DNA of 32,952 nucleotides, from the NCBI GenBank assembly GCA_030430875.1, contig JAUIKI010000001.1, positions 1-32,952 on the forward strand. Reading direction: 5' to 3'. Each line of letters begins with the position of its first letter. Position 1 is the first letter of the stretch. The notes under the pieces are model-generated. The model was not told where the DNA came from, made no database searches, and saw only the letters and a program-made list of their open reading frames with translations. Positions 19,621 to 28,909 of this stretch are shown piece by piece. The DNA comes from Gammaproteobacteria bacterium (GTDB taxonomy: Bacteria; Pseudomonadota; Gammaproteobacteria; Pseudomonadales; JAUIKI01). Both the position numbers and the translations under genes were made by a program.

Positions 19621-19768
19621 TTGAACTCCTAATCAGGTTTGATCTAAAAGTGATTGACCGGATAACTATAACCAGAATCAAAGAAACAATTGTCAGCAGA
19701 ATGTCAAAAAATGTAAAAAGAGTGTAATGTTTTCTGTGATTTCACATCGTTCTTCCTTATAATGCCGC

Positions 19769-21673
19769 ATGATTAATCTTCGTGAAGTTTCTCTCAGGCG
19801 TGGAACGCAATGCCTGTTAGATCATATCAATTTAATATTTTATCCTGGGCGTCATATTGGCCTAATTGGGCAGAATGGCTGTGGAAAATCCAGTTTATTT
19901 CAGCTGCTTTTGGGTAAATTGCAGGTAGATAGCGGTGAACTGTCCATTCCGAACAATTGGCGAATTGCGCACATGGCGCAAGAAGTCTCAGCCAGCACGC
20001 GATCAGCAGTGGACTATGTGTTGGATGGTGATCTCAGGTTGCGAGAAATCCAGGCATTGATTGCCAAAGCCGAAGCATCGGGTGATCATGACGCTTTAGC
20101 GCATGCCTATTCTGATTTAGATGAAGTTGATGGATTTAATGCGCATTATCGTGCTGAACAATTGCTTCATGGTCTGGGTTTTACTCAAGATCAAGTGAAT
20201 GATTCGGTTAACAGTTTTTCCGGTGGATGGCGGATTCGATTGAATCTAGCACAAGCACTCATGAGTCCTTCTGATTTAATGCTGCTTGATGAGCCCACAA
20301 ACCATTTAGATATGGATGCGATTGTTTGGCTAGAGCAGTGGCTGAAAGTCTATCAAGGTACCTTGATTTTAATTTCACATGATCGGGATTTTCTGGATAA
20401 TATCGCTGATGATATTGTGCATATTGAAAAACAAAATGCCATCAGTTACAGCGGTAATTATTCAGATTTTGAACGACAACGTGCAGCGCGTCTTGCCGAA
20501 CAGCAATCAATGTTTGTGAAACAACAGCGCAGAATTGAAGAAATTGAACAATTCGTTAATCGTTTCAAAGCAAAAGCAAGCAAGGCTAAGCAAGCACAAA
20601 GTCGAATCAAAGAATTGGAGCGTATGGAGCTGATTGGCCCTGCGCATGTCGATTCACCGTTCCATTTCCGTTTTCGTGAAGCAGACAAACAATCCACGCC
20701 ATTAATTAATTTGTCACAAGCATCATTGGGCTATAAAGAGGCGCCTATTTTGACAAATATTAACGTAAGTGTTGCACCTGGTGCGCGCATTGGTTTACTG
20801 GGTCCGAATGGGGCAGGGAAATCAACGCTGATTAAGTCTTTGGTGGGTGAGCTTGACTTATTAGCTGGTGAGCGTATTTGTGGCGAACATTTGAAAATTG
20901 GTTATTTTGCCCAGCATCAACTGGAAGCACTCGATGTGAATGCCAGTGCAATGCTGCATATTCAGCGGTTGTCACCACGAGCTACTGAGCAATCGATTCG
21001 TGCGTTTTTGGGTGGTTTTAATTTTCAAGGTGATAAAGCCTTGGAGCCGATCATGCCGTTTTCTGGTGGAGAAAAAGCGCGGTTAGCCTTGGCCTTAGTC
21101 GCTTGGGAAAAGCCTAATTTATTGTTGCTTGATGAACCTACGAATCATCTGGATTTAGAAATGCATTATGCCTTGTGTGAAGCCTTACAAGATTATGCTG
21201 GTGCGTTGATTATCATCTCTCACGATAGATATTTGTTGCGTAACACGGTGGATGAATATTGGCGAGTATATGGTGGAGAAGTTGTGCCATTTGATGGTGC
21301 ATTGGAAGATTATCATCAATGGATACAAAAAGAATTGCAGCAAACACAAGCAGTGAAACAAAAAAAGATAGCATCATCTGATAATAAGAAATTGGATAAA
21401 AAAGCGCAGCGACAGCAAAAATCACAGCATCGCGAATCATTATCTGTTGCAAAAAAGCAACTTAAAAAACTTGAACATCAAATGGAAAAAGCAAAGCAAG
21501 AAAAAGAAGCAGTTGACGCTGAGCTTTCTGTTGAGGATATTTATCAAGCTGAAAATAAAGTACAACTACAAAATTTGCTGAAAACACAAGCCAATATTAC
21601 TGCTCAAATGGCAAAATTTGAAGATCAATGGGTTGCATTAAATCTAGATATTGAGACTCTAGAAAAAGAATAG
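19769..21673 (+). CDS. yheS: ABC-F family ATPase (YheS type)
   Basis: The 634-aa ORF has two ABC cassettes (GQNGCGKSS, GPNGAGKST and two LSGG-type signatures). The linker KAKQAQSRIKELERMEL and the charged coiled-coil tail follow my memory of E. coli YheS closely. Confidence 0.88.
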   Translation: MINLREVSLRRGTQCLLDHINLIFYPGRHIGLIGQNGCGKSSLFQLLLGKLQVDSGELSIPNNWRIAHMAQEVSASTRSAVDYVLDGDLRLREIQALIAKAEASGDHDALAHAYSDLDEVDGFNAHYRAEQLLHGLGFTQDQVNDSVNSFSGGWRIRLNLAQALMSPSDLMLLDEPTNHLDMDAIVWLEQWLKVYQGTLILISHDRDFLDNIADDIVHIEKQNAISYSGNYSDFERQRAARLAEQQSMFVKQQRRIEEIEQFVNRFKAKASKAKQAQSRIKELERMELIGPAHVDSPFHFRFREADKQSTPLINLSQASLGYKEAPILTNINVSVAPGARIGLLGPNGAGKSTLIKSLVGELDLLAGERICGEHLKIGYFAQHQLEALDVNASAMLHIQRLSPRATEQSIRAFLGGFNFQGDKALEPIMPFSGGEKARLALALVAWEKPNLLLLDEPTNHLDLEMHYALCEALQDYAGALIIISHDRYLLRNTVDEYWRVYGGEVVPFDGALEDYHQWIQKELQQTQAVKQKKIASSDNKKLDKKAQRQQKSQHRESLSVAKKQLKKLEHQMEKAKQEKEAVDAELSVEDIYQAENKVQLQNLLKTQANITAQMAKFEDQWVALNLDIETLEKE

Positions 21674-21792
21674 CCATCAAAAAGACTCAATCATTTTTCA
21701 TTGAATTCTCGATGGTAGGGGATGAGTTTTTTGCAAAAGGGGCGGTGGAGTGTTGCTATGAAACCATTGCAATAAAAGGCAGTGATTTTGGC

Positions 21793-21834
21793 ATAAAAAT
21801 ATTGCTAGTTAGAAAAAACCAACAATATTTTTAT
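21793..21834. repeat. Perfect 12-bp inverted repeat ATAAAAATATTG / CAATATTTTTAT with an 18-nt spacer
   Basis: I read it directly in the spacer between convergent yheS and rph. It is AT-only, so it would make a poor canonical terminator. Its function is unknown. Confidence 0.6.
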
Positions 21835-21863
21835 GGGATTGATTCAATAGGATTAAAATCTGA

Positions 21864-22631
21864 TTATTCTTGATGAGATAATCCAACAGCCTCTTGCTGT
21901 TTTACCAATAGCTGCTGGATACCTGATTTAGCAAGCCCTAACATGGATTGAAACTGTTCTTCAGAGAATGGTCCGGCTTCGGCAGTGCCTTGCACTTCGA
22001 TAAATCCACCGTGGCCTGTCATGACGACATTCATGTCAGTTTCAGCAGTGGAGTCTTCGGCATAATCAAGATCAAGCACTGCTTCACCTTTGTAAACACC
22101 CACTGAGACAGAGGCAATCCATTGTAAAAATGGTTCACGCTTGAATTTGAATTTTTGTTTCAGAAAATTGACAGCATCAAATAGGTCAACACAGCCACCA
22201 GTGATTGATGCAGTACGTGTGCCTCCATCAGCTTGAATGACATCACAATCAATCGTGATTGTGTTTTCGCCGAGTCGTTTCAAATCAACAGCGGCTCGCA
22301 ATGAACGACCAATGAGGCGTTGAATTTCCATGGTTCGTCCTGTCTGTTTGCCTCGAGCAGCCTCTCGATCTGTGCGTGAACCAGTAGCACGTGGCAACAT
22401 GCCATATTCTGCTGTTACCCAACCTTGCCCTTGTCCTTTTAAAAATCGTGGTATGGAGTGATCAACGCTGGCAGTGCAAATTACTTTCGTGTCACCGAAT
22501 TCAACCAACACAGAGCCTTCAGCATGTTTGGTATATTGTCGTGTGATTTTGATGTCTCGCAAATCACCAGGTTCTCGGGTACTTGGGCGTAAAAATGCCT
22601 TATTTAGTTCGTTTTTCCAATCAGTTGTCAT
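21864..22631 (-). CDS. rph: Ribonuclease PH
   Basis: The 255-aa ORF has [39 protein letters not shown] and [18 protein letters not shown]. It has about 13 extra N-terminal residues relative to E. coli Rph as I recall it. Confidence 0.95.
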   Translation of the reverse strand: MTTDWKNELNKAFLRPSTREPGDLRDIKITRQYTKHAEGSVLVEFGDTKVICTASVDHSIPRFLKGQGQGWVTAEYGMLPRATGSRTDREAARGKQTGRTMEIQRLIGRSLRAAVDLKRLGENTITIDCDVIQADGGTRTASITGGCVDLFDAVNFLKQKFKFKREPFLQWIASVSVGVYKGEAVLDLDYAEDSTAETDMNVVMTGHGGFIEVQGTAEAGPFSEEQFQSMLGLAKSGIQQLLVKQQEAVGLSHQE

Positions 22632-22641
22632 TTTTTTACTC

Positions 22642-23127
22642 TTACTGGGAATTTTTATTTAAATTTTTTGCGGCAGTGAGGACCTCGTCAACATGCCCTT
22701 CGATTTTCACTTTGCGCCATTCTTGTCTCAAAACACCTTTTTGATCGATTAAGAATGTACTGCGCTCAATGCCGCGGACTTGTTTGCCATACATGTTTTT
22801 CATTTTCATCACATCAAACAATTGACAGAGCTCTTCATCTGGATCACTGATCAAATCAAAAGGAAAACAATGCTTGGTTTTGAAATTTTCATGTGATTTT
22901 GTGCTGTCACGTGAAATACCAAAAATCACTGTGTTTGCACGCTTAAATTTCGCATGATTATCACGGAATTCTTGACTCTCAGTTGTGCATCCTGGGGTGT
23001 TGTCTCGCGGGTAAAAATATAAGACGACTTGTTTGCCCTGAAAATCGCTGAAATCAATCGATGTATCTGCCCCAATTTTAGCACTAAAATTGGGGATGGC
23101 TTGATCTAACTGGATTGCTTTCGTCAT
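22642..23127 (-). CDS. bcp: Thiol peroxidase / peroxiredoxin Bcp
   Basis: The 161-aa ORF has [13 protein letters not shown] with the peroxidatic Cys. It lies 10 nt upstream of rph. Confidence 0.9.
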   Translation of the reverse strand: MTKAIQLDQAIPNFSAKIGADTSIDFSDFQGKQVVLYFYPRDNTPGCTTESQEFRDNHAKFKRANTVIFGISRDSTKSHENFKTKHCFPFDLISDPDEELCQLFDVMKMKNMYGKQVRGIERSTFLIDQKGVLRQEWRKVKIEGHVDEVLTAAKNLNKNSQ

Positions 23128-23142
23128 GATTTTTCCTCACAG

Positions 23143-24402
23143 TTAAAACTCGTTAGGTGGAAGGGGGTAGAAATCAGGGTAGTCTTTGCGATTGACCCCG
23201 GTGTCAACGGCTGCTCTGGCAACGGCTGCTGAAACCACAGAAATGAGTCGACCATCTAATGGTTTTGGAATGATGTAATCACGGCTAAATTCCAGATGAT
23301 CAAGCTCATAGGCGTCTAGTACAGCTTGTGGAACCGGCTCTTTTGCAAGGTTTCTCAGCGCATGAACGGCAGCAATTTTCATGGCGTCATTAATGCGAGT
23401 TGCGCGAACATCCAAAGCGCCTCTGAAAATGAAAGGGAACCCAAGCACATTGTTGACCTGATTGGGGTAATCTGATCGACCGGTTGCCATGATCAAATCA
23501 TCTCGCGCTTTTAGCGCCAGTTCTGGTTTAATTTCTGGGTCAGGGTTTGAGCAAGCAAAAACAATGGGTTTATCAGCCATGGTTTTTAACATGTTCGGTG
23601 TTAATAAATTAGCACCAGACAAACCAATGAAAACATCGGCGCCATCAATAGCGTCTGTCAAACTGCGCTTGTCAGTTTTATTGGCGAAGGCTGCTTTATA
23701 TTGATTTAAGTCATCGCGCTCTGAGTGAATCACTCCTTTACGATCTAGCATATAAATATTAGTTGGCTTTGCTCCTAAATTAACCAATAGCTTCATACAA
23801 GCAATGGCAGCAGCACCAGCACCAAGACACACAATTTCGGCATCCATGAGTTTTTTACCTTGTAATTCCAAGGCATTAATGAGACCTGCAGCAGTTACAA
23901 TAGCGGTACCATGTTGATCATCATGAAAAACAGGGATATTGCAATTTTCAATGAGCGCTTTTTCAATTTCAAAGCATTCGGGCGCTTTGATGTCTTCCAA
24001 ATTGATGCCACCAAAGGTATTAGCAATTCGGCTGACGGTGTCAATAAATGCTTGTGGGCTTTCAGAATCCACCTCTATGTCAAACACATCGATATTTGCG
24101 AAACATTTGAATAGCACGCCTTTACCTTCCATCACCGGTTTGCTGGCCAATGCACCAAGCTTTCCTAAGCCTAAAATGGCACTGCCATCTGAAATAACAG
24201 CGACTAAATTGCCTTTGCTGGTGTAGGTATAAGCATTTTCAGGGTCTTTGGCAATTTCCCAAACAGGTTCTGCAACACCTGGACTGTAGGCCAGTGCCAG
24301 ATCACGTGCAGTTTTAGTCGGTTTGGTGATTTCAACGGAGATTTTTCCGGGTTTTGGTTTGGCATGGTAGTCCAATGCTGCTTGACGAAGGTCGTTACTC
24401 AT
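23143..24402 (-). CDS. NAD(P)-dependent malic enzyme, short form without the PTA-like C-terminal domain
   Basis: The 419-aa ORF has LALAYSPGVAEP, FGGINLEDIKAPECF, FHDDQHGTAIV and GAGAAAIAC blocks. Confidence 0.9.
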   Translation of the reverse strand: MSNDLRQAALDYHAKPKPGKISVEITKPTKTARDLALAYSPGVAEPVWEIAKDPENAYTYTSKGNLVAVISDGSAILGLGKLGALASKPVMEGKGVLFKCFANIDVFDIEVDSESPQAFIDTVSRIANTFGGINLEDIKAPECFEIEKALIENCNIPVFHDDQHGTAIVTAAGLINALELQGKKLMDAEIVCLGAGAAAIACMKLLVNLGAKPTNIYMLDRKGVIHSERDDLNQYKAAFANKTDKRSLTDAIDGADVFIGLSGANLLTPNMLKTMADKPIVFACSNPDPEIKPELALKARDDLIMATGRSDYPNQVNNVLGFPFIFRGALDVRATRINDAMKIAAVHALRNLAKEPVPQAVLDAYELDHLEFSRDYIIPKPLDGRLISVVSAAVARAAVDTGVNRKDYPDFYPLPPNEF

Positions 24403-24991
24403 ATAAAGATTCCATTTGAAGTTAAACGAAGACCGTAAAGGATATAGAAAAGCAGCTTTTCCAGCAAGTGTTTGTCAAGTGCTTATCTGGATGAAATCTT
24501 GACACTAAACAGGGTAAAGCATATAGAATGTATTTTCCAACGCTTCTTTTTGGGAGCGTCGAAAGCATCTTGCCACTGATATTATTTGGCTCAGTATGCT
24601 ATTTGATGGCCATTTCTATTAAATGACAGGATCAAGATGATTGAGAACAACATCATGTTAGCCAAGAATTGCGTTGTGTCCTATAATTCTGGGTGTTTAC
24701 TTCAGAAGATACATAACTTTTTCTTTTGAGTGTTTCTGAAATTGGAGTCATGTTGATGATGCCTTGGTGCTGATTCAGGCTTATATCGTCGATGTGGCTA
24801 TGTTGGTGGCAACTCATGATTCACCGAATGTCCGGCAGATGAGCGATATTGCGCGCACGCTAAATTTGGGTATTGAGATTGTTTTGTGTCTTAGCCAGTT
24901 TCAATGAGTATTATATGTGCATACTATGAATATAGCTTGTTAAGTAAATCTAATTATAGATTTTCTCTAATATTATAAGATAAAGGTTGAG

Positions 24992-26590
24992 ATGACTATT
25001 TCAGACAAAAGTAATGTTTCTGATGCATTTAGTGCTTGGGGGAAGCTTTTGGGTGCCAAGTACGCTCGTAATTCTGAAGAAGCTATATCGGAATATTCTG
25101 CTTCATTAATTCCAGAATCAGCTTCGAATTGTGGTGTTGTGCTACCTAAAACATTTTCTGAACTTCAGGAAGTTCTTTCTATTGCAACCAAGAACAAGGT
25201 TTCTCTTTATCCAATAAGTTGTGGGAAAAATTGGGGTTATGGAGCTTCTTGTCCGGTGCAAGAGGGGAATGTGATTCTCGATTTGAGCCGAATGAATCAA
25301 ATTTTAGAATATGATGAAACTCTTGGTTATGTTGTTGTCGAGCCAGGCGTTACACCTGAACAGCTTTATAATTACCTTGAAGACCACGGTGGGAAATTTA
25401 TCATTGATACAATAGGTGGGCCTTCCGATTCTAGTTTGTTAGGTAATATTTTAGAGCGTGGTTACGGGCTTGGTAATTTAGGTGATCACTTCTTACATAG
25501 TTCTGGAATAGAGGCTTTGCTTGCAGATGGAACCCATTATTCTAGAGTTAATAAAGGGGGTGCGTCTTCTAAGTTTGCTAATATCTACAAATGGGGAGTA
25601 GGACCATATCTCGACGGCATTTTTACGCAGTCAAATTTTGGAGTTGTAACTAAACTGGCTATTTGGCTTGCAACTAAGCCTGAATCGTATGGGATAGTAA
25701 TAATAAAGGCTGAAGAGGAGCGTCAACTTTCGGGAATCATCGAGAGTATACGTGCTTTGAAACTAAATGGGGTGATACCACAGCTGCTTCATTTATATAA
25801 TGACGTCCGAATACTAAGTTCACTACAGCAATTCCCTAGTTCGCAAACGGATAAAAAACCTTTATCCGAAGAAGTCAAAGCCAAGCTTCGAAAGCGTCAC
25901 GGAATTTCATTGTGGAATGGAGTCACTGCTATATCAGGAACAAAACAAGAGGTGCGTCTACGCGCTAAAATGATTAAAAAATCCTTGCGAGGAAAAGCTC
26001 AAGTTCAATATGTTTCAGGAACTCTGATTGACTTTTTGATAAAACATACATGGTTGGTGAGGTTTATAGGGCTGAGTTCTGTTGCCACAAAAGTTAAAAG
26101 CCTGCAGATTTTTAAAGGAATTCCAAGTTACACAGGCATCAAATCAGTTTATTGGAGAAGTAAGAATCCACTGCCTGATATGAACGACAAGCCACAGCCG
26201 CAGTTTGATAATTGTGGAACCATATGGTGTTCACCTTTAACTCCAATGATAGCAAAGGACTGTTTTGAGGTGATCAGAATTACAAGAGATATATGTGAAT
26301 CACATGGATTTGAATTTAATACTGCAATGAACTTTATTTCTTCAAGAGCTATTAATTTTATTAATGCAATATCATTTGACAAAAGTAATGCTTTGGAAAC
26401 TCAAAATGCGTTGAATTGTTATAATGAGCTCAATGAGATATTGCTCAAGAAGGGATATGTATCATACCGATCCAGCACAATTGGAATGCAGTACGTAATT
26501 GACGACAGCCCGTACTGGGATGTTTGCAAGAAAATTAAAATAGCTCTTGATCCTAATGGCATAATAGCGCCTGGTCGATATGAAAAGTGA
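24992..26590 (+). CDS. FAD-linked oxidase (PCMH / vanillyl-alcohol-oxidase-like fold)
   Basis: The 532-aa ORF has an N-terminal FAD_binding_4-like region: LYPISCGKNWGYGAS...VILDLSRMNQILEYDETLGYVVVEPGVT..QLY.YL. Its size is typical of VAO / 4-cresol dehydrogenase-type enzymes. The substrate is unknown. Confidence 0.7.
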   Translation: MTISDKSNVSDAFSAWGKLLGAKYARNSEEAISEYSASLIPESASNCGVVLPKTFSELQEVLSIATKNKVSLYPISCGKNWGYGASCPVQEGNVILDLSRMNQILEYDETLGYVVVEPGVTPEQLYNYLEDHGGKFIIDTIGGPSDSSLLGNILERGYGLGNLGDHFLHSSGIEALLADGTHYSRVNKGGASSKFANIYKWGVGPYLDGIFTQSNFGVVTKLAIWLATKPESYGIVIIKAEEERQLSGIIESIRALKLNGVIPQLLHLYNDVRILSSLQQFPSSQTDKKPLSEEVKAKLRKRHGISLWNGVTAISGTKQEVRLRAKMIKKSLRGKAQVQYVSGTLIDFLIKHTWLVRFIGLSSVATKVKSLQIFKGIPSYTGIKSVYWRSKNPLPDMNDKPQPQFDNCGTIWCSPLTPMIAKDCFEVIRITRDICESHGFEFNTAMNFISSRAINFINAISFDKSNALETQNALNCYNELNEILLKKGYVSYRSSTIGMQYVIDDSPYWDVCKKIKIALDPNGIIAPGRYEK

Positions 26591-26702
26591 TTCAGATCCG
26601 CTGTAAGTTAAGGAGTTGATCATTAATCTAGACTTTAAATTGATCGTTCAAAGATACGGTGAAAATGCAGTTAATAATAGACTTGTGGTTCGGGCCTTTG
26701 CA

Positions 26703-27389
26703 CTAAAAACTTGCCCTACGAGAGACATGAGAATTATGAAAACTCATTGCGGAGATCAACAAACCACCCAAAGAAAATAATTGCACTCCAACCCAGACTA
26801 ACCAATGATTGACTGTGCGTTTCACTTGTTTAGTTTCAAGCAATTCAAATTTCCGGGTTTCACCATCTTGGAACTTTTCAGTTTTAATCCCCAAATTTTC
26901 GTAGCTGACAAAAAAAGTTCCATCTCCATTACCACCATAGATATTTAGCGCATTATCTCTATTGTCACTAAAATAAACATAGGCTGTTTCTGGGAAAAAA
27001 ATATTAAATTGCCCAATAGCTATGCATAAAACACCTGAAAACATTAATGCGACTAACAGCAATAAATATTGCTTCTTTTTATGTGTTTGATTTTTTTTCA
27101 GATCAAACGCACCATAATTCTCAATGGCGATGTGCTTGAAATATTTGCGAATGATCAGAGGGTCTAAACCGACTAATAGCTCAGTTCGATTAAGTTTAAA
27201 AACAGCTGCAATTCGATCAAAAACTTCAACCGATGGAATGGCTTTATCTTTTTCCAATTTAGAGAGATAAGAGGCATCGATTTTAAGACTCTCAGCAAGC
27301 TCTGCTTGGGTATATTGTTTATCAAGACGCAGCGTTCTGAGTTTTTCTCCGAAACTAATAAATGTACTTTGATTGACGACTGATAACAT
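26703..27389 (-). CDS. Membrane-anchored XRE-family HTH regulator (HTH, TM, roughly 65-aa extracytoplasmic segment, TM)
   Basis: The 228-aa ORF has the HTH FGEKLRTLRLDKQYTQAELAESLKIDASYLSKLEKDKAIPSVEVFDRIAAVF. Hydrophobic spans are YLLLLVALMFSGVLCIAIGQF and HWLVWVGVQLFSLGGLLISAMSF. It starts 3 nt after its paralog. Confidence 0.75.
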   Translation of the reverse strand: MLSVVNQSTFISFGEKLRTLRLDKQYTQAELAESLKIDASYLSKLEKDKAIPSVEVFDRIAAVFKLNRTELLVGLDPLIIRKYFKHIAIENYGAFDLKKNQTHKKKQYLLLLVALMFSGVLCIAIGQFNIFFPETAYVYFSDNRDNALNIYGGNGDGTFFVSYENLGIKTEKFQDGETRKFELLETKQVKRTVNHWLVWVGVQLFSLGGLLISAMSFHNSHVSRRASF

Positions 27390-27392
27390 ATT

Positions 27393-28064
27393 TTATTCCT
27401 CAGCCCCGATCAAAGAATCCTTGCCATCAATTCGGTATATAACTTTCACATAGCAAAAATACCCTATTCCCATCAACATCAATATGCCTCCCATCAATAT
27501 TAGCCAAGGATGGTGACTTTGCTCATATTTTTCCAACAAAAAGAACTCTTTAAAGTCTGCTGTTTTTTTCTCAAGAATTTCTCCGGCGTAATAATCCAGC
27601 TCAATTGTTTCTCCAGTGGATGCAAAACCATATCTAGGCTCCTCATATTTTTCCAACCATTGCTTGGTATAAAAACGTGGACCAGACTGGAGGTAGTGGT
27701 AATGCTGAGTTGGCAGCAACACTCCGCCACTCAAAAGCGCTAAACCGATCCATATCGACACAAGCGCTACCCAAGACCTATGCAGTTTTTGCGCGAGTTT
27801 CTTTAATTGTCGTTCTTTTGCGGAAATACCGATATTGCCAAAATTTTCAGATAAAAAATTTGTATCTACTCCTTCAATCAGCTCCATTAAGCTAATGTTA
27901 TAAATAGTGGCTAATTTTTCTAATATATCAATCGTTGGAATAGCACGATTATTTTCTAGTTTGGATAAGTATGACTGCTCAATATCGCTGTGAAGCGCCA
28001 ATTCTTTTTGAGTCCACTGTGTTGTTGCTCTTAAGGCGCGTAATCTTTCACCTAATTTCATCAT
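27393..28064 (-). CDS. Membrane-anchored XRE-family HTH regulator, paralog of the downstream gene
   Basis: The HTH reads LGERLRALRATTQWTQKELALHSDIEQSYLSKLENNRAIPTIDILEKLATIY. Hydrophobic spans are WVALVSIWIGLALLSGGVLLP and WLILMGGILMLMGIGYFCYV. The track start at 28073 is TTG, and ATGs lie at 28064 and 28061. Confidence 0.75.
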   Translation of the reverse strand: MMKLGERLRALRATTQWTQKELALHSDIEQSYLSKLENNRAIPTIDILEKLATIYNISLMELIEGVDTNFLSENFGNIGISAKERQLKKLAQKLHRSWVALVSIWIGLALLSGGVLLPTQHYHYLQSGPRFYTKQWLEKYEEPRYGFASTGETIELDYYAGEILEKKTADFKEFFLLEKYEQSHHPWLILMGGILMLMGIGYFCYVKVIYRIDGKDSLIGAEE

Positions 28065-28159
28065 GATCAGCAATATTTTTAATGTTAAAAACGCAGTATA
28101 GCGAGTTTCTTTTCTTTCTCAACTCCTTTTAAGTGATTGATAGTTAAGGAAAGGCAGCG

Positions 28160-28200
28160 ATATTCCTCAATAGGCATGATCATTCCTCATATTCTATTTG
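28160..28200 (+). promoter_or_regulatory. Two phased ATTCCTCA repeats plus a TATTCTATTTG box in the divergent XRE / secreted-cluster promoter region
   Basis: ATATTCCTCA is at 28160-28169 and TCATTCCTCA at 28180-28189, 20 bp apart. The identical 11-mer TATTCTATTTG follows at 28190-28200. The layout matches 5993-6055. Confidence 0.45.
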
Positions 28201-28295
28201 TGTTTCTTTGCCACAAACTGAAAATAGGCCACACAGCTTGCAGGACAACTTCAACTTGCAGCTGTATCAACAAATCAACCTAACCGGAGACAGTT

Positions 28296-28763
28296 ATGAA
28301 ACTAAAACACTTGATTGCAATATTAAGTATCACATTAACCACACCACTGGCTGCAAATGAAGTCGTTAAAACAGGAGTGGCCATCCCATTAGATTACACC
28401 GCGCTTTATCTTGTTGATAAAACATTGGCAGATTCAAAAGCTGGTGAAATTGATAAAAAACCTTATTTTGTCAAGTTAGTAGGCCTGAAACCAGGTGAAC
28501 AATATGGCAAGAATGAATCACAACTTTGGGAAGCATTGACTGATTTAGTTCAACTGGGTAGTGGCAACTCAGCAGAAGCAAGCTGTCAGATAGTTAGTAG
28601 TTTATTTCATCATGATGATTATGCTCGTGCAGCTATTTGTTCAATCGATGGTAAAGATCTTGGTGAGCAATTAATTGCAACTGGGTTTTATTCAGTGAAT
28701 CGTGATGAGACTTATGCCAAGGGAATGGATATTGCATTGGCTAAACGAAAAACAAGCGCGTGA
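28296..28763 (+). CDS. Exported staphylococcal-nuclease-like (SNase/thermonuclease fold) protein with a probable 3' frameshift
   Basis: The signal peptide is MKLKHLIAILSITLTTPLAA|NE. SNase-like blocks are LVDKTL..., YFVKLVGLKPGEQYGK and DDYARAAICSIDGKDLGEQLIATGF. The family-typical tail EKQAREKKLGIWS is encoded in a different frame at 28747-28827. Confidence 0.5.
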   Translation: MKLKHLIAILSITLTTPLAANEVVKTGVAIPLDYTALYLVDKTLADSKAGEIDKKPYFVKLVGLKPGEQYGKNESQLWEALTDLVQLGSGNSAEASCQIVSSLFHHDDYARAAICSIDGKDLGEQLIATGFYSVNRDETYAKGMDIALAKRKTSA

Positions 28764-28909
28764 GAAAAAGCTGGGGATTTGGAGTAACGTAGAAGCACCA
28801 TCATCAAGTGGTGTCATTAATCAATGACGACACGCTCTGAGATCTTTGCGCTAAAGACTCAACGATAAAAAATGGTTAAGACATTGATTTTTAATAAGGG
28901 AGAAAACAC

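Noticed and set aside
27393-27402. Single extra copies of the core ATTCCTCA at the XRE-XRE junction (27395-27402) and inside the orphan gene (5266-5273). Near-copies lie at 6400-6406 and 8994-9000.
   Set aside because: Isolated 7-8-mers in coding sequence are expected at about chance frequency in 33 kb of AT-rich DNA. They lack the phasing and the TATTCTATTTG box.
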